A program made the position numbers and the translations under genes. DNA of 64,000 nucleotides from Eledone cirrhosa. Its lineage: Eukaryota. Shown piece after piece: positions 51,786-64,000 of the stretch (position 1 is the stretch's first letter; every line of letters begins with the position of its first letter). The notes under the pieces are model-generated. The model made no database searches. It saw only the letters and a program-made list of their open reading frames with translations, and had not been told where the DNA came from. The stretch is taken from assembly GCA_964016885.1 (NCBI GenBank), contig OZ024760.1:10540001-10604000 (forward strand), given 5' to 3'.

Positions 51786-51879
51786 TTATTGCTTTTTCAT
51801 CGTAAATCTTTGCCTTTCACTCTTAGCAGCAGTAGTAGTAGCTCCAATAGTGGTATAAGCTCCCTGAACTTTTTCCATC

Positions 51880-52385
51880 CCATTCTCACTCTGGCTACTT
51901 TACTTTCAGAACACCCACCTCCACTGTTAATTTTGTCATTCAAGTAACAGAAACTATCAACTACTTCTATACAGCCCTCTGATCATTTAAAGGAGCTTGT
52001 TTCCTCTGAGCTCTTGCTACTTACGGCTTCTGTAAACCCACCACATATAAAACCTACGTTCTTTGTTAGCTTGCCTGAGATCCAATTGCATCTCTTGTAC
52101 ACCCATAGTTTGAATTTGAGACATAGGATGGAATTTCTACCCACTCCTTTCCTGTATACAGAGTAAGGCCGTTTCTCTAAAGGGATCTGGGCCCTTTATT
52201 CAGCGTTGGTTAAGGCAAGTACACCATTATCATCTTGGACACACTTCTTCCCATCAACATCACAATTTTACCCGACACACTGCCTCACAATCATGAAAAC
52301 CTCACGTCTTTGCTCCTCACATCACAAAACATGCTTAAAATTTTTATTTTCTGCTTCTCTCCTTGCAAAGTATACTTGTAGCCAG
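51880..52385 (-). mobile_element. RTE LINE fragments, degenerate
   Basis: 52210-52385 is similar to 56640-56815; 51880-52000 encodes L..VDSFCYL.D.I..GGGCSES.VAR. Confidence 0.6.
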
Positions 52386-53135
52386 TATGTTTGTATATGT
52401 ATGTATGTGTATATGCATATGTATGTATGTATGCGTATATATATGTGTGTGTGTATGCATATATATGTGTATGTATGTACGTATGCGTATGTTTATGTGT
52501 ATATGTGTGTGTGTGTATGTATGTGTGTATGTATGTGTATATGTATGTGTGTATGTGTGTTTGTATGCATGTGTGTATGTGTGTGTATATGTATGTGTAT
52601 ATGTATGTATGTGTGTATATGTATGTATGTGTGTATGTGTATGTATGTATGTGTGTGTGTGCGTATGTGTGTATGTATGTATGTGTGTATATGTAAGCTA
52701 TAAAGCCAATGATGTCAACAGACAACTTAATTCACAACGAAAGTCTGTAAAACATCCAACGCCCCTACAAAACTTACAACGCAACATAAAACACGAATGT
52801 TAATATTATTTAATGTGTTTCCTGCAATTGGAAACTAAAATTATATTCCAAAATATCCCACTTTCACAATATATATATGGTAGGGGTTCGTTTGTCCACC
52901 CCTTTCGCCTCCCTTTTGTTGTATGTGGCCCTAGATGTATGTATTACCTGCTTTGTATATATTATGTGTTTGTGTTTTCTTTCTGTAACTTGATTTTTAT
53001 TATTAATTTTTTTTTTATACAACTGTGAATAAAAGAAATTTCGACTAACCCATGCTAGTGTGGAAAAAAATGGACGTTAAATGATGATGATGATGATGAT
53101 GATGTGTGTGTGTGTACGTACACGCGTTGGTGTGC

Positions 53136-53187
<52 letters not shown>

Positions 53188-53737
53188 ACGACTCAATTAT
53201 AGTTTAGTATCCACAGCTGACTTTGTTTCTTCATAACTTTCTTAATAATAAATATTTTAGAGAAATACATTTTCGCTGCGTAAATTACGAATATGTTTAT
53301 AACATATAATAATAATAAATAGTAGTTTTTACTCATGGAAATTACCAGAAGTTGTCTGTGATCTTAAAAGAAAGTATTATCTTCAATTGTTGATATTTAC
53401 CGCGTGTAATCAACCAGACCAGACGAAGGGGGTGTGTAATTGTTTAGTAAAACAAAATTATGTAATGGTGACAAGCATAAGATAGTTTGCCTGATATACA
53501 AAAGTTAACAATAATCTTAATCCAGGATATATAAAAGCACTTAAAATACTCTAAATAATTTCTATATTCTTCAATTAAAAAATATTTTGGCAAAGAAGGA
53601 AAAAATAAAACTCACAAAATTTCGCTAGTGAAGCCAACTTACGGTGGGCGGTGTCATGTGAAATAGTTTCTAACTAAATATTTTACCGGATTAAAACTTC
53701 TTCATTCTTCTTCTTTGCCCTTATTTCTGGGAGGGTC

Positions 53738-53785
<48 letters not shown>

Positions 53786-53853
53786 TGAATAACAGTAATA
53801 ACAGATTAAAGTTTAAGCAAAGAATCCCTGCTTTCACTCTTAAACTAAAAACA

Positions 53854-53911
<58 letters not shown>

Positions 53912-54074
53912 CATACACACACACACATATATGTTTTTAGTCTAAGGGTGAAAGCAGGGATTCTTTGCTTAATCTTTAATCTGTTATTTTAATAAATATT
54001 TGCTCTAGGGTTCTTATATATTTGATATATATTGATCCTTATCGAGCCCTCTTTGGATTTTAGTCTTCACATTT

Positions 54075-54910
54075 ATTATTATTATTATTATTCTTTGAGT
54101 CTCAGTCATTGATATTATTTAACTGGAAAGTTTGTTGAAATGAATATCAAGCCACTACCTGCAGCCTCAGACATTCAGGACGTATCGGAGGGTTCTTGCT
54201 GTTCCCAGCAAGCATGCCTTTTGAAGTGTTCCAAAAAGCGGGGCTGGACTAATCTTCTTTAACCATCCTTGAAAACTCTTTGAGATAGTACCTAGTGCTC
54301 CTATGACAATCGGGACGACCTTGATTTCATGGCAGTTCCAAATCCTTTTTACCTCCCACTTTAAATCCTGGTATCGGTTAATTTTCTCCCTCTCCTTTTC
54401 TTGCACTCTCGTGTCAAATGGGCAGGCTACATCTACTATCAGGCACGATCTTTTTTCCTTGTCCAAAACCACCAGGTCAGGCCTATTGTGTTCTAATTTC
54501 TTGTCCGTCTGTATCCTAAAATCCCATAGCACCTTCACCTGATCGTTTTCTATCACCGACTCTGGCTTATGCTCATACCACTTCTCAGAATGTGGTAAAT
54601 TGTTTACTTTGTATAGATGCCAGTGGATCACCCTGCCCATCACATCATGTCTCCAGTGTTTATAGTGAGTCTGGGCTAGGTGTTTACACTGGATACAATG
54701 TGAGCCAGTTTCCTCTCTCTCCACAGATCCTACACAGTGAGTTAGTCTCCTCCTTGTCAATATGGAGTTTCACGCACTTCGTTCTGAGGGCTTGCTCATG
54801 CGCAGCCATTAGCGTTCCTTCTGTAGCTTTTTTAAGGTCTCCTCTTTTTAACCAGTTCCATGTCTGCGGATCTCTAAATTCAGTTTTCTTAAAGAAGGTG
54901 CTATGAAGGG
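54075..54910 (-). mobile_element. R4/Dong-clade non-LTR retrotransposon 3' fragment (restriction-like endonuclease)
   Basis: RHD....IHW...LWDF.IQTD..L.HNRPDLVV.DK...IVDVACPFD...EKI.RYQDL...VVPIVIGALG; (TAA)n on both sides. Confidence 0.85.
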
Positions 54911-55439
54911 ATTATTATTATTATTATATTAAGGGTGGTGGTTTGGCACTATCAGTAGAGGGTCAGACGCCATGCTTTGTAGCATAGAGTTACGCCTCTT
55001 TACGATCTGAGTTCAAATCCCGTTGAGGTTAACTTTGCCTTTCATCCCTACGGGGGGGTCGATAAAATAAAGTACCAGTAATGTACTGAGTAATTGCTGG
55101 CCTTGTGCCAAAAGTAGAAACAATTATTATTATTATTATATATATATTGTTTTGCAAGGTTTTTGATATGAAATCGAGTGTCGAAACAAATATTGTTATA
55201 TTTGGGGAGGGTCATATTGTTGTAATATTGAAATGATAATAATGATAATAATAATAATAATAATTGTTTCTACTTTAGGCACAAGGCCAGCAATTACCCA
55301 GTACATTACTGGTACTTTATTTTATCGACCCCGTAAGGATGAAAGGCAAATTAATATAGTAATAAGAACACCCCCACAAGAGAGTACTAATAAACATGAA
55401 TTAGAAAATGGAGGGCATCCAGCAGATAGCTAACTCCAT

Positions 55440-56205
55440 ACACTAGAGTATAACTGTAACCGTTGACTACCCTTATAAACACCCTAACAATAGACTACCT
55501 GTATTAGGCATGGAACTCTGGATAAACACTAGACGAGAGGGCCCAAATTCTCCACTCATACTATGCTAAACCCATGGCCTCCAAATACTTGATACTCAAA
55601 AACTCAGCAATGTCCAATAGTGTTAAGTTTAATATTTTGATCGCAGACTTGTTAAGAGTGATGAAGAATGTGTCCCGCATGTGCGACACAACTGAACTGG
55701 AAAGACACGTACAACACTTCATCTATCACATTCTCTGGCTACAACTAAAGAGACCGAATCAAAGTATACAAAGGAGCCATGGAGAAATATAAGACCCTCG
55801 TAGAAATGGACATAAAAGGAATTTGCCCATTATACAGGAGCAAATCATGGAATAGCTTAGATAGGACTAAACATAAGATAGGGAAAACCACTTCATGGTA
55901 CGACAACCAGAGATACCAGAGTGTCCTGTTCGTCGAAGCTACCCCTGGAGGGAAATTAGCTAAGTTATGTAGAAAGGCCCTAAGAAAGACCCATCTAAAG
56001 ATTAAAGTGGTAGAAAAGCCAGGAGCTACTATAAAATCCCTGATCAGCAAGACATACCCCTTTAAGAAAATGCACTGTACGAATAAGAAATGTGTTATAT
56101 TAGAATGAACCCCCAGATAAATTGTAAAACTAGAAATGTAGTCTATAGCATAAGATATACAGAGCGTACTTGCAGAAACATGACGACATACATAGGTGAG
56201 ACAGC
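55440..56205 (+). mobile_element. Penelope-like element fragment (RT C-terminus, Cys linker, start of GIY-YIG endonuclease)
   Basis: LPVL...H.YY.KPMAS..LI...SAM...K; LFV.ATPGG.LA...IKVVEKPG.TIKS.I; NCKTRNVVYSI...YIGET. Confidence 0.8.
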
Positions 56206-56224
56206 TCATGCGTTTGCATGTGTG

Positions 56225-57800
56225 TGTTCGTATTTAGGTGACTGCGTTTTGGTTATTGTATTCTCTACCATTAATTTCATGACCTGGTCCATCAGCTTTA
56301 TACCTCTATCTAGTGCATCACCTTTACCTTTGTAGCAGTTGACAATCATGCTGCTGCACCAATCCTTTGGTATGATCCCCTCTAGTATTACCTGGTTAAC
56401 AATTCATGTGGTTATGGTGTGACCTACCGACCCAGATGCCTTCAGCATCTCGGCAGATACATCCGATGGACTGGTTGCCTTCCCTGTCTTCATATCTTTG
56501 ATTGTCTTACTTACTACGCTGCTGCTGACTTGTACTGCTGGCCGCTGGCCCCTCTATAGGGTCTCTTTTTCCCATGCATTCTCCTCGTTTAGTAATCTTT
56601 CATAATGGCTCTTCCACGCAGCTTTCTTCTCAGCAATTGTGAGGGCAAGCTCACTATTATCATTCCGGATACACTTCTCTCCAATGACATCCCAATTCTC
56701 TCTAAACACACTGCCTTGCAATCATGAACACCACCTGTTTCTGGTCCTCACGTTGCAAAACATGCTTGAATTTTCTATCATCTGCTTCTCTTCTAGCCAA
56801 GTATACTTGTCGCCTAGCCTCCCTCCTGGTCTCTATGTTATGTACCCTGCTATCCCTGTTCTTCCATTCTTTCCATGCCTGTCTCTTAGCCTTAACTGCT
56901 TCATCTACCTTATTGTTCCACCACCAAGTCGCTCTGCTCCTCCCTGTGGACTTGCTCCAACCACAGATCTCGTCCCTCGCCTTTACTAAGTTACTTTTTA
57001 GGAACTCCCAGTGCTCTTCTACATTGAATGTCTCTATCTGTTCTTCTTTACTGTCATAGGCGTCGAGTAGAATATCTTTAAATCTGTTACTTACTGAGGG
57101 GTCTTTCAGCTTCCAGATCTTTCTTCTCCAGGTTGCCTTGTTTCCAAGTTCGTCTAGTTTTGACAGCGAGGTCGCTGACAACTAAGTTATGTTGGGAGGT
57201 ATATTCCTCACCAGGGAAGGCTTTTGTGTTTACAACTTTTTAAAGTTTGTGTTACATATCGACATGTCATTGGCATCGCAGAATTCCAGAAGCCTGAAGC
57301 CTTCTTCATTTCTTGTGCCAAACCCATGGCCTCCATGGAGTCTATAGAAGCCGTCACAGTGTTTACCAAAGTGTCAGTTGAAATCTCCTGCAATGATTAG
57401 GAAGTCATTGTCGCTTGTTAGGGAGGTAGTGTGCATTAGGGACTCGTAAAACCTATCCTTAAGTTCGTCTGGCAACCCCGATTGGAGTGCGTAAGCTGAT
57501 ACTATTGTGGCAATTGTTTTATTCAGGACTAATCTGAGTTTGATGATTCTTGCATTCACCCTGTTCACTGAGATTACCTTATCAACCCATTTGTCAGCTA
57601 ATAGTATACCTACCCCCTCCCATCTCGTGTTTTCCCACCCAGAAAAATTTGTAGCATTGACTTTTGCCTACAAGGACTCTAGCGGACTCTCCTCTCCATC
57701 TAGTTTCTTGCACACAGCATACATCAATTTCCTTTTACTCTAGCATCTCTACAATTTCTCCTGCTCTTCCTTTCATTGTGCTTACATTGATGGTTCCAAC
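56225..57800 (-). mobile_element. RTE-clade LINE fragment (APE endonuclease to start of RT), degenerate
   Basis: GTINVSTMKG; IVSAYA.QSG; IIAGDFN; TWWWN.KV..AVK.KR.AWKEW; KGKGDAL. Confidence 0.85.
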
Positions 57801-58092
57801 TGAGCATGGATGTGTTGAGAGAGAAGACTGAGATGGTATGGACATGTGATGAGCATGGAGGATGACCACTGGGTAAAGAAGTGCCAAGAAATGCCAGTAG
57901 AAGGAAGACGCAGTAGAGGTAGACCACGAAAAACATGGGTGGAGGTGGTGAGAGCAGACCTCAGATTGCTGAAGCTCATGGAGGAGATGACGAAGGACTG
58001 TGACAAGTGGAGAGATGCTGTGCTGAATAGGACCCGTCCAACCCTTGCAAGCAGGGAAAAGCGGACGTAAAATGATGATGATGATGATGATG
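57800..58092 (+). mobile_element. RTE LINE 3' end with (ATG)n tail
   Basis: LRWYGHV..ME....VKKC....VEG.R.RGRPRKTW.EVV..DL; tail ccttgcaagcagggaaaagcggacgtaaaa(tga)n. Confidence 0.85.
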
Positions 58093-58912
58093 ATATATTG
58101 CCACAAAAAAAGCCATAAAAAATTTTGGAAGATATTTACTATTCCGTGAACATGCGGAGGTTTCCACAAACAATTATCAGTTAGGTTCTAAAAAAAATTT
58201 CCACAAATAACCGGGGCCACGAATGACAGGGGTATACTGTATTTCATTCACTGCAGTATAATAATTTATGTCTATATTTCAATGCTAGCTTAGACAGCTC
58301 CTCTCTAACCTAACATATTACCACTTGTTGCATTCCTATGTCATCTCATTTGTGAGGTGAAGCCTTCGCAGATCAGCCTTTACCATTTCTGTCCACATAG
58401 CCAGACCACACTGTAAAGTGGTCGTGTAGGAAACATGACAAAACGCACCCAGCACACACTGTAAATGTGGTTGCATTAGGAAGGGCATTCAGCCACAGAA
58501 ACCTAACCGAAAACAGTTCTGCATGAAAGGTGAATGTTAAGCAATGATGATCATGATCTACCTTCGTCTTTCTCTTCTACTTGGAACTTCTGGAATATCT
58601 TTACACAATTATCCTCCTTCATACACCATTACATGTCTGTGACAGTACACATAACATCTAATTCCTCATATATTCGGTTTTTACCTCGGCTCATTTATGT
58701 CCTAGAGTCCAGACATACTAACAATCCACATCTAGCACAGTAGCTTCCTTTCATCTCTCATCTCTCTCTCCAATCTTTATACACCCTCTGCATTCAATGC
58801 CCATGTCTCTCGACCATGTCTTCTACATATACAACCATCATATAATCTACCCTTCTCGCAGAGAATCACTTCATTAGTTAGTTAAAGTCTGTTCTAAGCC
58901 AAAGGCTAATGA

Positions 58913-59352
58913 AGCTGGTACTTATTCCCAGTTTCTTTGACATTAAGTAACTGAGAGGACTCTTCCTGGACAGGACGCCAGTCTACCACAGGATTAACTC
59001 TCCAGCTACTGCTGGTAATCACTCAGCTGAGTGTACTGGAGCAGGCTGGTCCTTATCCTAAGTTTCTTTGGCATTAAGTAACTGAGAGGACTCTTCCTGG
59101 ACAGGACGCCAGTCTACCACAGGATTAACTCCCCAGCTACTGCTGGTAATCACTCAGCTGAGTGTACTGGAGCAGGCTGGTCCTTATCCTAAGTTTCTTT
59201 GGCATTAAGTAACTGAGAGGACTCTTCCTGGACAGGACGCCAGTCTACCACAGGATTAACTCCCCAGCTACTGCTGGTAATCACTCAGCTGAGTGTACTG
59301 GAGCAGGCTGGTCCTTATCCCAAGTTTCTTTGGCATTAAGTAACTGAGAGTA
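58913..59352. repeat. 131-bp tandem repeat (~3.4 copies), SINE-derived
   Basis: aagtaactgagaggactc starts at 58945, 59076 and 59207; partial copy at 59338. Confidence 0.9.
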
Positions 59353-59729
59353 CAAATGTCTCCCTGGGTAGGACACCATGAAAAGCAACATAAAATGAAA
59401 CCTCTTGCTCAAGAACACACTGCCCAGCCCAGGAACTAACAATGCTATGATTGTGAGCCCAACAGTCTAACCACTGGACCACAACAACTATTATCACACC
59501 TGATATTCTAATGACTGCCAATCTGCTGCCAGCTATAATTGTGACATAAAATAATCAATACATCAATAAATCAATACAAACACTGCTGGTATCAGTTTGT
59601 TTTTTATGACAGTTGTATATATATTTTTTTTTTTAGGTTTGTTTCAATTTTAGTATAAAAAGTGAAAAGAAACCAAAAAATTCAAAAGGAGCTACATGGA
59701 CATGGAGAACAAATGAGAGAAAATTAGAA

Positions 59730-60276
59730 TTATTGTCTTGTGAGTGTACTTGGGTGAGTGTGTGTTATTGTCTTGTGTGTGTGTGTGTTATTGTCTTGTG
59801 AGTGTACTTGTGTGTGTGTGTTATTGTCTTGTGAGTGTACTTGTGTGTGTATGTGTGTTATTGTCTTGTGTGTGTGTGTTATTGTCTTGTGAGTGTACTT
59901 GTGTGTGTATGTATGTTATTGTCGTGTGTGTATGTGTGTTATTGTCTTGTGTGTGTATGTGTGTTATTGTCGTGTGTGTGTGTTATTGTCTTGTGAGTGT
60001 ACTTGTGTATGTGAGTTATTGTCTTGTGTGTGTGTGTGTGTTATTGTCTTGTGTGTGTATGTGTGTTATTGTCTTGTGTGTGTATGTGTGTTATTGTCTT
60101 GTGTGTGTGTTATTGTCTTGTGTGTGCATGTGTGTTATTGTCTTGTGTGTGTGTTATTGTCTTGTGTGTGTGTGTTATTGTCTTGTGTGTGTATGTGTGT
60201 TATTGTCTTGTGTGTGTGTGTGTGTTATTGTCTTGTGTGTGTGTGTGTGTTATTGTCTTGTGTGTGTATGTGTGTT

Positions 60277-60313
<37 letters not shown>

Positions 60314-60660
60314 GTCTTGCGTGTGTGTTATTGTCTTGTAAGTGTACTTGTGTGTGTGTGTGTTATTGTCTTGTGAGTGTACTTATGTGTGTGTGTGTGT
60401 TATTGTCTTGTGAGTGTACTTGTGTGTGTGTGTGTGTGTGAGTGTTATTGTCTTGTGAGTGTACTTGTGTGTGTGTGTTATTGTCTTGTGAGTGTACTTG
60501 TGTGTGTGTGTGTGTGTGTGTTATTGTCTTGTGAGTGTACTTGTGTGAGTGTTTTTGTCTTGTGAGTGTACTTGTGTGTGTGTTATTGTCTTGTGAGTGT
60601 ACATGTGTGTGTGTGTGTGAGTGTGTGTGAGTGTGTGTATGTGTGTGTGTAGAGAGAGAG
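59730..60660. repeat. (TG)n-based compound microsatellite with ttattgtctt spacers
   Basis: Direct reading. Confidence 0.9.
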
Positions 60661-60893
60661 AGAGATTATTGGGGTTTTGTATGAAGAATGATAAACCCTG
60701 TAAACTGATGAAGGGGAATGTGGAGTTACATGAACACGTGGAAAGATATAGGCTTAGTTTTCAAGGTAGGAGGAGTCAGGCAATGAATGAACACTACTAC
60801 TTCACATACCACCCCTCCCCCCACACACAAACACCGTGGAGGGTGGGTGTGTGTGTGTGTGGGGGAGGGAGGGATTATTTTCATTTCACCATT

Positions 60894-61471
60894 TCACACA
60901 GTGTTATGCTTGCGTCTTTTACTGTTGCTACCATTACATTTGTGTTTCCGCTTCCGATTGCTGGAGCTGGAGCTGCTCCTCACAACACTGCTTGCTGTCT
61001 GCTTAACACGAGCCTTCCTTCTCTTGTGGCTCTTGCTTCTCGTGTAGTAGGGACTTTCAAAATATATCAACCACGGGGCACCACTGTATTGTCGAGCTGT
61101 TGTTTTGGCTGGGTGCGATGATGACTTTACCGCAGTCTTAGTAGTAGCAGCAGCAGCAGTAGTGGTGGTGGTGGTGGTAGTAGCAGCAGGTGAAGTAGCG
61201 GGGGTGTTTGGGTGTTTGCTGATCTCCTCTGAGGTAGATGGTGGTTTGTGACTGAAAGAATCCCTAGCAGCAAAACTACTGCTGCTGCTGCTGTCTGTAG
61301 TTTCCATGGCAGCAGTGGTAGTGGTGGTGATGGTGGTGGTGGGAGTAAAGTCTTTGGGTGGTTCCTGAGTGGAATTAAGTAAGGAAAAGATTAAGATGTA
61401 AACTTGGGACTTGAACACTTCTTTTGTAGGAACTTGTTGTACGCTTGTGTCATTACAATGAATCCAAGAGT
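60894..61471 (-). CDS. USP49: USP44/USP49-like last coding exon (HCND motif + low-complexity, basic C-terminal tail)
   Basis: ttttcAG; DSWIHCNDT.V......EV.KSQVYILIF, then a Thr/Ser-rich and Lys/Arg-rich tail to the stop at 60894. Confidence 0.88.
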
Positions 61472-61877
61472 CTGAAAAGACAGAGGAAATTATTATTATA
61501 TCATCAAAGAAAGGGTTAGGAGGACTTTGTAATGTGGTAGTACTGGTGTCATGATAAAATACACCCAGTACACTCTGTAATGTGGTAGTACTGGTGTCAT
61601 GATAAAATACACCCAGTACACTCTGTAATGTGGTAGTACTGGTGTCATGATAAAATACACCCAGTACACTCTGTAATGTGGTAGTGCTGGTGTCATGATA
61701 AAATACACCCAGTACACTCTGTAAAGTGGTAGCGCTGGTGCTATGATAAAATACACCCAGTACACTCTGTAAAGTGGTAGTGTTGGTGCTTAAGAAGAAT
61801 ATCCAGCTACAGAAATCATACCAAATATGGAATGTATGAGCACAATGAGATTAGTTTAAGCCTTCTGGTTTGTCTGA

Positions 61878-62420
61878 GTCAACCCATCTGGTCAGACTCT
61901 CTGTCAACCCATCTGGTCAGGGTCTCTATCAACCCATCTGGTCAGACTCTCTGTCAACCCATCTGGTCAGACTCTCTGTCAACCCATCTGGCCAGACTCT
62001 CTGTCAACCCATCTGGTCAGAATCTCTATCAACCCATCTGGCCAGACTCTCTGTCAACCCATCTGGTCAGAGTCTCTATCAACCCATCTGGCCAGACTCT
62101 CTGTCAACCCATCTGGTCAGAGTCTCTATCAACCCATCTGGCCAGACTCTCTGTCAACCCATCTGGTCAGAATCTCTATCAACCCATCTGGCCAGACTCT
62201 CTGTCAACCCATCTGGTCAGAGTCTCTATCAACCCATCTGGCCAGACTCTCTGTCAACCCATCTGGTCAGAGTCTCTATCAACCCATCTGGCCAGACTCT
62301 CTGTCAACCCATCTGGTCAGAGTCTCTATCAACCCATCTGGCCAGACTCTCTGTCAACCCATCTGGTCAGGGTCTCTGTCAACCCATCTGGTCAGAGTCT
62401 TTGTCAACCCATCCAACCCA
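61878..62420. repeat. 25-bp minisatellite with a 50-bp A/B higher-order dimer
   Basis: tcaacccatctgg(c/t)caga(c/g)tctct(g/a), variants alternating. Confidence 0.92.
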
Positions 62421-62525
62421 TATCAGCATGGAAAGTGAGTGTCAAATGATGAGAACGACAACGACAAGTCCAATCCAGTTTTTCCAGTCAACAAGCAATG
62501 ATTAGAGAAATAAAGACAAACTTAC

Positions 62526-62725
62526 CAGCCTCTTTACTCCAACAGAAAGCTGTGTAATGTCCTGAACCAAAACCTTTACCATGGTGGATGATAATTGCTG
62601 ACAGTTGATAGAGACGCTGTGACTGTTGGCTGGTCATGGATTTAGCACAAAACTGTTCAACGTTGAGAAACTTATCAAATGAAACATGTGTAGCTATTTT
62701 CTCTCTGTGGTTTCCTTTACTCCAT
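62526..62725 (-). CDS. USP49: Ubiquitin-specific protease USP44/USP49-like, penultimate coding exon (His box)
   Basis: WSKGNHREKIATHVSFD...YQLSAIIIHHGKGFGSGHYTAFCW resembles the USP44/49 His-box region; cacAG acceptor, GTAAG donor. The USP44 vs USP49 label cannot be resolved. Confidence 0.88.
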
Positions 62726-63164
62726 CTGTGGACAAATAGAAAACAAACAAATAATTTACTTCTCGTAAATCACAAAATATAAAATATTTTTTAAAAAATC
62801 AATTGTCAAGATCCCAGACCTCACTTACTTACCGAGTGAAGGGTTGAAACTCCTCAGATCACACCAAGGAAACAAAGTTTCCATTGGTCTTTCTATTGCT
62901 GATACTATCTACCAGTCAAGGAACGTGAAATAAAGTGTTTTGCTGAAGGACATAACGCATTGCCTGGCCTGAGAATCAAACTCACAACCTCATGATTGTG
63001 AATTCAACTTTCTAACCACTGAGGCATTTAAAAATAGAAGAAATTTACAATTCATCTGTTCTAACAGCTTTTAGGATGACTTCAATTAAAGCTTATGCTT
63101 TTTCAAACTTCAACTCTGGTATGTCCGAGTGTTAACCAACATTAAAAAGTTTCTTCTCTTCTTC

Positions 63165-63485
63165 ACCCACTTATTCTTAGGAGGGTCAAGGGATCAAAGT
63201 CCTCAAATACTCCTTCCAGCAAATGCTGTCAGAAGCAACCGTCTCCAGTCGATCTGGCTGGATCCCCAAGCAAGACCAGTTGAGCTCATAAATCTTATTT
63301 GGGGTCTACCCTTGGGTCTCCTGTCAGTTGGTTTTTGCCCCTCAAATCTGTTCAGGGATTCTTTCCTGATACATTCTAACCACATGCCTCTAGTATCAAC
63401 ACTGTGACTTCTTAATTTGGAGAAATAACAGCTTTATCTAGAGCAACTCTATGATTTCTCTGAGCTACGCACTTATAACGTTACG
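63165..63485 (-). mobile_element. LINE 3' fragment (RTE-like)
   Basis: R..GHVVRM...P...RP.GRP..R; resembles RTE C-termini. Confidence 0.5.
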
Positions 63486-64000
63486 CTAAAACACTTCAAA
63501 GGAACCCCATTTCGGTATGAAAAAAAAAAAAAAAAAATACAAATCTTATAATGATTCACAGATGAAAGTACATGTTTTGGGGAAACGGTGAGTAAAATTT
63601 GAATATTGAATTAGAAGATTTTGCCGTAACTTTGAGGAAATAAAAATCTAATAATGGGGCGTATAAACCCACTGAACAGAAAAAGATGGGTATCAGCTAC
63701 ACGTGGGAGTTGAACTCGCACTTCTCATTTGCTGGACAATTATGGCTTTATATGCCCCACTATTAGATTACGTTATTTCATGCTTTCCAGCATAGAGTTA
63801 CGTCCCTTTACGGTCTGAGTTCAAATCCCGCTGAGGTTGACTTTGCCTTTCATCCTTACGGGGTCGATAAAATAAAGTACCAGTAATGTACTGGGTAATT
63901 GCTGGCCTTGTGCCAAAAGTAGAAACAGTTATTTAGTCAATGTCATGGCAACGCTTCTATTTCTATTTAAAATTAATTTCAATTTTTTTATACACGTTTA

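Noticed and set aside
59744-60565. Cys/Val-rich ORFs (metallothionein-like appearance); similar at 5004-5533, 9960-10302, 33107-33771, 52206-52803
   Set aside because: (TG)n/(TA)n microsatellite translations

Overview
Repeat-dense, AT-rich animal genomic DNA. The SINE/RTE/Dong/Penelope repertoire suggests an octopus or other cephalopod mollusc (inference). Three intron-containing genes lie on the minus strand: (1) the last two coding exons of a USP44/USP49-type deubiquitinase (60.9-62.7 kb); (2) a complete three-coding-exon WASH1/WASHC1 gene (42.5-50.2 kb, 497 aa); (3) a single-pass receptor guanylyl cyclase, with 19 exons traced by hand from 29563 to 577 (1104 codons in one frame, all GT-AG; the last exon(s) lie left of the window). 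Introns and spacers contain tRNA-derived SINEs, RTE, CRE and R4/Dong LINE fragments, a Penelope GIY-YIG fragment, Helitron pieces, MITEs and many TE-seeded minisatellites. The most notable non-coding signal is a set of minimal type-I hammerhead ribozyme motifs from several different sequence families beside (TA)n tracts. Six motifs cluster in about 2 kb of one cyclase intron, including a perfect 215-bp palindrome carrying a hammerhead core on each strand. WASH1 also ends in DFDSDFD and lacks the usually conserved Arp2/3-binding tryptophan. Most long ORFs in the supplied track are microsatellite artefacts.
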